Assembly (NCBI RefSeq): GCF_000143415.4
Contig: NW_003314366.1
Location: forward strand, 62,001-126,000
Direction of reading: 5' to 3'
Origin: Selaginella moellendorffii
Taxonomy: Eukaryota; Plantae; Lycopodiophyta
DNA: 64,000 nucleotides
Shown here: piece by piece, positions 60,800 through 64,000 of the stretch
How the letters are laid out: each line of letters begins with the position of its first letter
Position numbering within the stretch: position 1 is the first letter of the stretch
Translations under genes and position numbers: made by a program
Notes under the pieces: model-generated
Seen by the model: the letters and a program-made list of their open reading frames with translations, nothing else
Told to the model about the DNA's origin: nothing
Databases searched by the model: none

Positions 60800-63036
60800 A
60801 TGAAGATGCTGAGCCTAGACGACTCAATAGACGATCACCTGAAGTGGGCATTTCCAAAAGCTCAAATGAGCTCCTCCATTGAGGCTTGCGTGAAGGCGCT
60901 GGAGGGAGATACGATTTCTACGCTGAAGGACCTCAAGGACTATGATTACTCGAGTTTCCCGGGGAAATATGCTTTCAAAAGGCACTTAGGTATGCTCTCG
61001 TTGCTCTCTTCTCTTGTTGCACCTACACTGGCTTGTTTTCGTGCAGCTTGGATCGTCCCCCTTGTAACTACTTGGAGCGAAGCTGTCCAGGTTGGCTCAT
61101 GCCTTCGCGATTGGTGGCTGCCGTTGAAGGACGACCCTAGCTACCTCTGGAACGAGCGTGAGGCTTATAGACTTCTCTGGCTTGGTGCAATACCTCCCAA
61201 GGAGCAAACTTGGTGGAGTGGCGGACAGCAGCAGGTCTACTTGTTCATAGGACGGACCAAAGCCATTCTGTCTACGAGGGCATCTGCGGCTTGGAGGGCG
61301 AGACTTATCTGCGGCTGGTGGGTGCAAAGGGATCCGGGAAGACGTTAGCGGTTGCATCAGTTTGCAGCCACATCCAACAGGCTGGGCTGAAGCAGATAGT
61401 TTATCTGGACGCAAAATCATACATATATGAGCCCCTGCACACCTTGCGGGGGCCTTGCTGCTGGCATTTTACGGGAAGGAGAAGATTTGGCTAGATATTC
61501 TCAAGGAGAAAACCTTGCCTGAGCTGGAAAACTGGTGTCGTTACAGTGGCGGCGACAAACTGGTCTTTGTGGTTGATGACTGGGAGTCGCTGCATGTCAA
61601 GAATGCTGTGGAGGACCCAGACGCGGCCAAAAAGTCTGAGGCAAAGCAGAGTATACTACGGGCTCGGCAACGGCATCCGCTGGTCTTAGTTGCTTCGGTG
61701 AACAGCAAAGAGCATCTATCCAGACTGACAGACGACAGGGAGGCGCTGGTGGATATCACAAGCAGGCTTGAGCTTGATGGGCCTTTCAGCGATCAAGAGC
61801 TTATGACGTGGCTGGGGATAACGAAATTACCGATAGAACGACAGCAGGACATGGAATTCCTCACTGGAGGAATGCCACGGCTACTGAACTACTTTAAGGT
61901 GTCACTGTGGGATGTTGAGAAGTACCTGACACATATTCATCTACCATATACCAGCAAGCTTTGGAGCGAGCTGATTAAGAAGCTGAACACAGTGGAGGAG
62001 TTGGAAGCAGCCTCTGGATTGATTCTCCAGGGAAACTTGAAAGCCGAGCTGGAGCACGTGAACCAGACGTGTTTTTTCACTGAAGGAACGGAGCTTAGCT
62101 TCCTCTGCCCCTATCTGCAGGTTGAGGCAAAGAGGCTGCTCTTAGCAAGATACAGGGAGGTGGAAGCCTCTTTAGCCACACTGGATATCAAGAATTGGGT
62201 CAACGTGGTTAAACTGGATCTGATAAGGCAGCAGACTCCCCAGCGTACCCCCCGTATAGCCTGGAATGTGGAAGGGCTTCTGATTGACGTAATGCAGTAC
62301 CAGGGGCGAGTCTTCATGGGAGATGACACTACTGCCTTCAAACACGTCATGCAGTATCCCAAGGGTGGGGAAAAGCAGACCTGCCTGTGTTTGCAAGGTC
62401 AAGATAGGGAGCTTGAAGAAGGCGTACTTCTGGTTCCCATGGCGTACAACGAGAAAGCGATCGATCTCCTGTTGGTGAAGGTGAGAAACGGCACTACACT
62501 GATTTTCTACGCCTTGCAGATTTCCGTTGCGAAATGGAAGCTGAAATCTAAGAAGAAGTCGCACCTAGTTTGGAAGTCCGTGGTTCTACCTGCTTGGAAG
62601 GAGGCCATGACGGGCTACAGCGAGTACGAGGTTCGGTACTACTATATAATGCCGGAGAACATCAAGCAAACTGACTTGCCGCCTGATGAGCAGGATGAGG
62701 AAATCGTCCCCATAGTCGATGTACAGTTCAAGAAGCTCTCTGACGTCCGCGATGATCTCGGCTACTTTGACCAGCGGCTCATGTTGGTAGAACCTACCAT
62801 CCTGCAGCCGCGAGTGATGGACTATTGCATGGGCAGAAACCGTGACTACTACAAACCTTGCAGAAACTGGGTTGAAAGGGGTGGCTACTGTAAGCTTCAC
62901 GCGCAGTAAGTATGGCGTTTCTTGTGCTTTTTTACACTTAACTTGCTTTGTTTTCACTTGCAGGCAAGACGAAGGGCCCCAGCCCCATTTCAAGAAGCGA
63001 CGGCTCGAGTCAGGTGGGCGCAGTGTGCCTAAGTAG
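60800..63036 (+). pseudogene. Crinkler/RHS-like (CR-type) P-loop NTPase + PD-(D/E)xK REase gene with two apparent frameshifts
   Basis: FIGR, Walker A GAKGSGKT, Walker B LVFVVDDW, TGGMPRLL, REase LVPMAYNEKAIDLLL...ALQIS. Frame breaks at ~61265 and ~61450. Confidence 0.65.
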
Positions 63037-64000
63037 ATGTTTCTGGATTTCAAAACTACCTGCTTCAGACAGGTGTATGCTAATTAGAATGTTCTGGCGA
63101 GTATGATACCGTCGGTTTGAACCACTCAGTCGCCTCGAATTGACCTACACGACGTTTGCAGTTGGCAGAGAAAAGAAAGGTATCAAAGCTGAGTTTCTTC
63201 TGAAGATGGCGGCAAACGATGCAGCAGCAAGGTGCCAGGCAATAGATTTAAGAGATCCATCAGGATATTCCTCTACAGTTTAGGTTGCTATGAAACAACA
63301 AAGTTAAAAAGAAGTGGGTTTCACCCCTTTCTTTGAAGCATTTGAATGTGTTTAACAATATTCTTATAAAAATTACAATGGAGAGTGGTTTTTAGAGAGA
63401 TTTCACAGCTTGCTAATGGTAATATGGTGGCTCTAAGGCTCTAATCTTGTGTCATGATTGGCTTAAATATATGTCTCAAAACAATTAAATTGCCAAAAGG
63501 CTCATACTAAACTAAAGGAATGCATTATAAATAGGAATTTATATTCTAGATGGATTAGTAAATGATGCAATATGAGAATTAAAATATTACACACAATATG
63601 ATATATAAAATTTAATATAGGTAAGAAAATAAAAGAGAGCTGAAATATCAAAACATTATAATTTTAATATATAGACTGAATCTAAATACTAATACAGTTG
63701 TGGGGTAAAAGCCCAAAGTAATCATCTCCCCTGGGGGAGAGGGGCTATAGAGAAAAAAATATAGTAAAGATAATGAGGTTAAAGATTTAATCTTAAATGA
63801 ACTCTCTAATAGTGATTCCAAACCAAATTATGGTTAGAATTACTTAGGGTAGGAATGAGCATACACTCAAGGGTGCCAAAGAGGCTTCCTAAGGAAGTGC
63901 TCAAGAGCAATTTTCACTTCCGGAATAAAAATTGATTATAATGCTCCTGGCTCATATAAAATGGTGCCCCACTTAAACACTATATATCTTTGCTCTTTTC

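Overview
Eukaryotic plant nuclear DNA. Very short introns (~50-70 bp), tightly packed genes and an S-motif-rich PLS PPR gene suggest a Selaginella-like lycophyte (inferred, not verified). A 100-N scaffold gap (31136-31235) splits the window. LEFT (1-31135) is a nested Ty3/gypsy retroelement cluster. It holds three copies of a non-coding LTR family 'A' (minus strand, tRNA-iMet PBS, LTRs with hexamer/12-mer arrays; one complete copy at 21118-28710) and one complete, very young non-coding LTR element 'B' (5925-13179). A and B are inserted into gag and integrase remnants of coding gypsy elements. A degraded Crinkler/RHS-like NTPase+REase gene also lies here. RIGHT (31236-64000) is a compact gene block with alternating orientation: PEPC(-), SCP/FCP1-like HAD phosphatase(+), SPARK-like RLK(-), site-2 protease(+), SAE2(-), PECT1(+), ARIADNE pseudogene(-), MED13(+), PLS-PPR(-), PRMT7(+), two degenerate F-box-like fragments(-) and a second, frameshifted Crinkler-like NTPase+REase gene(+). 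The most unusual signal is a ~420-nt hairpin-dense domain conserved inside non-coding family A. It contains two tandem tRNA T-arm mimics and a PBS-like site matching tRNA-Gly. Families A and B also share a covarying GAGGAC-loop hairpin just before the PPT. All analysis was by eye; family assignments rest on remembered motifs, not database searches.
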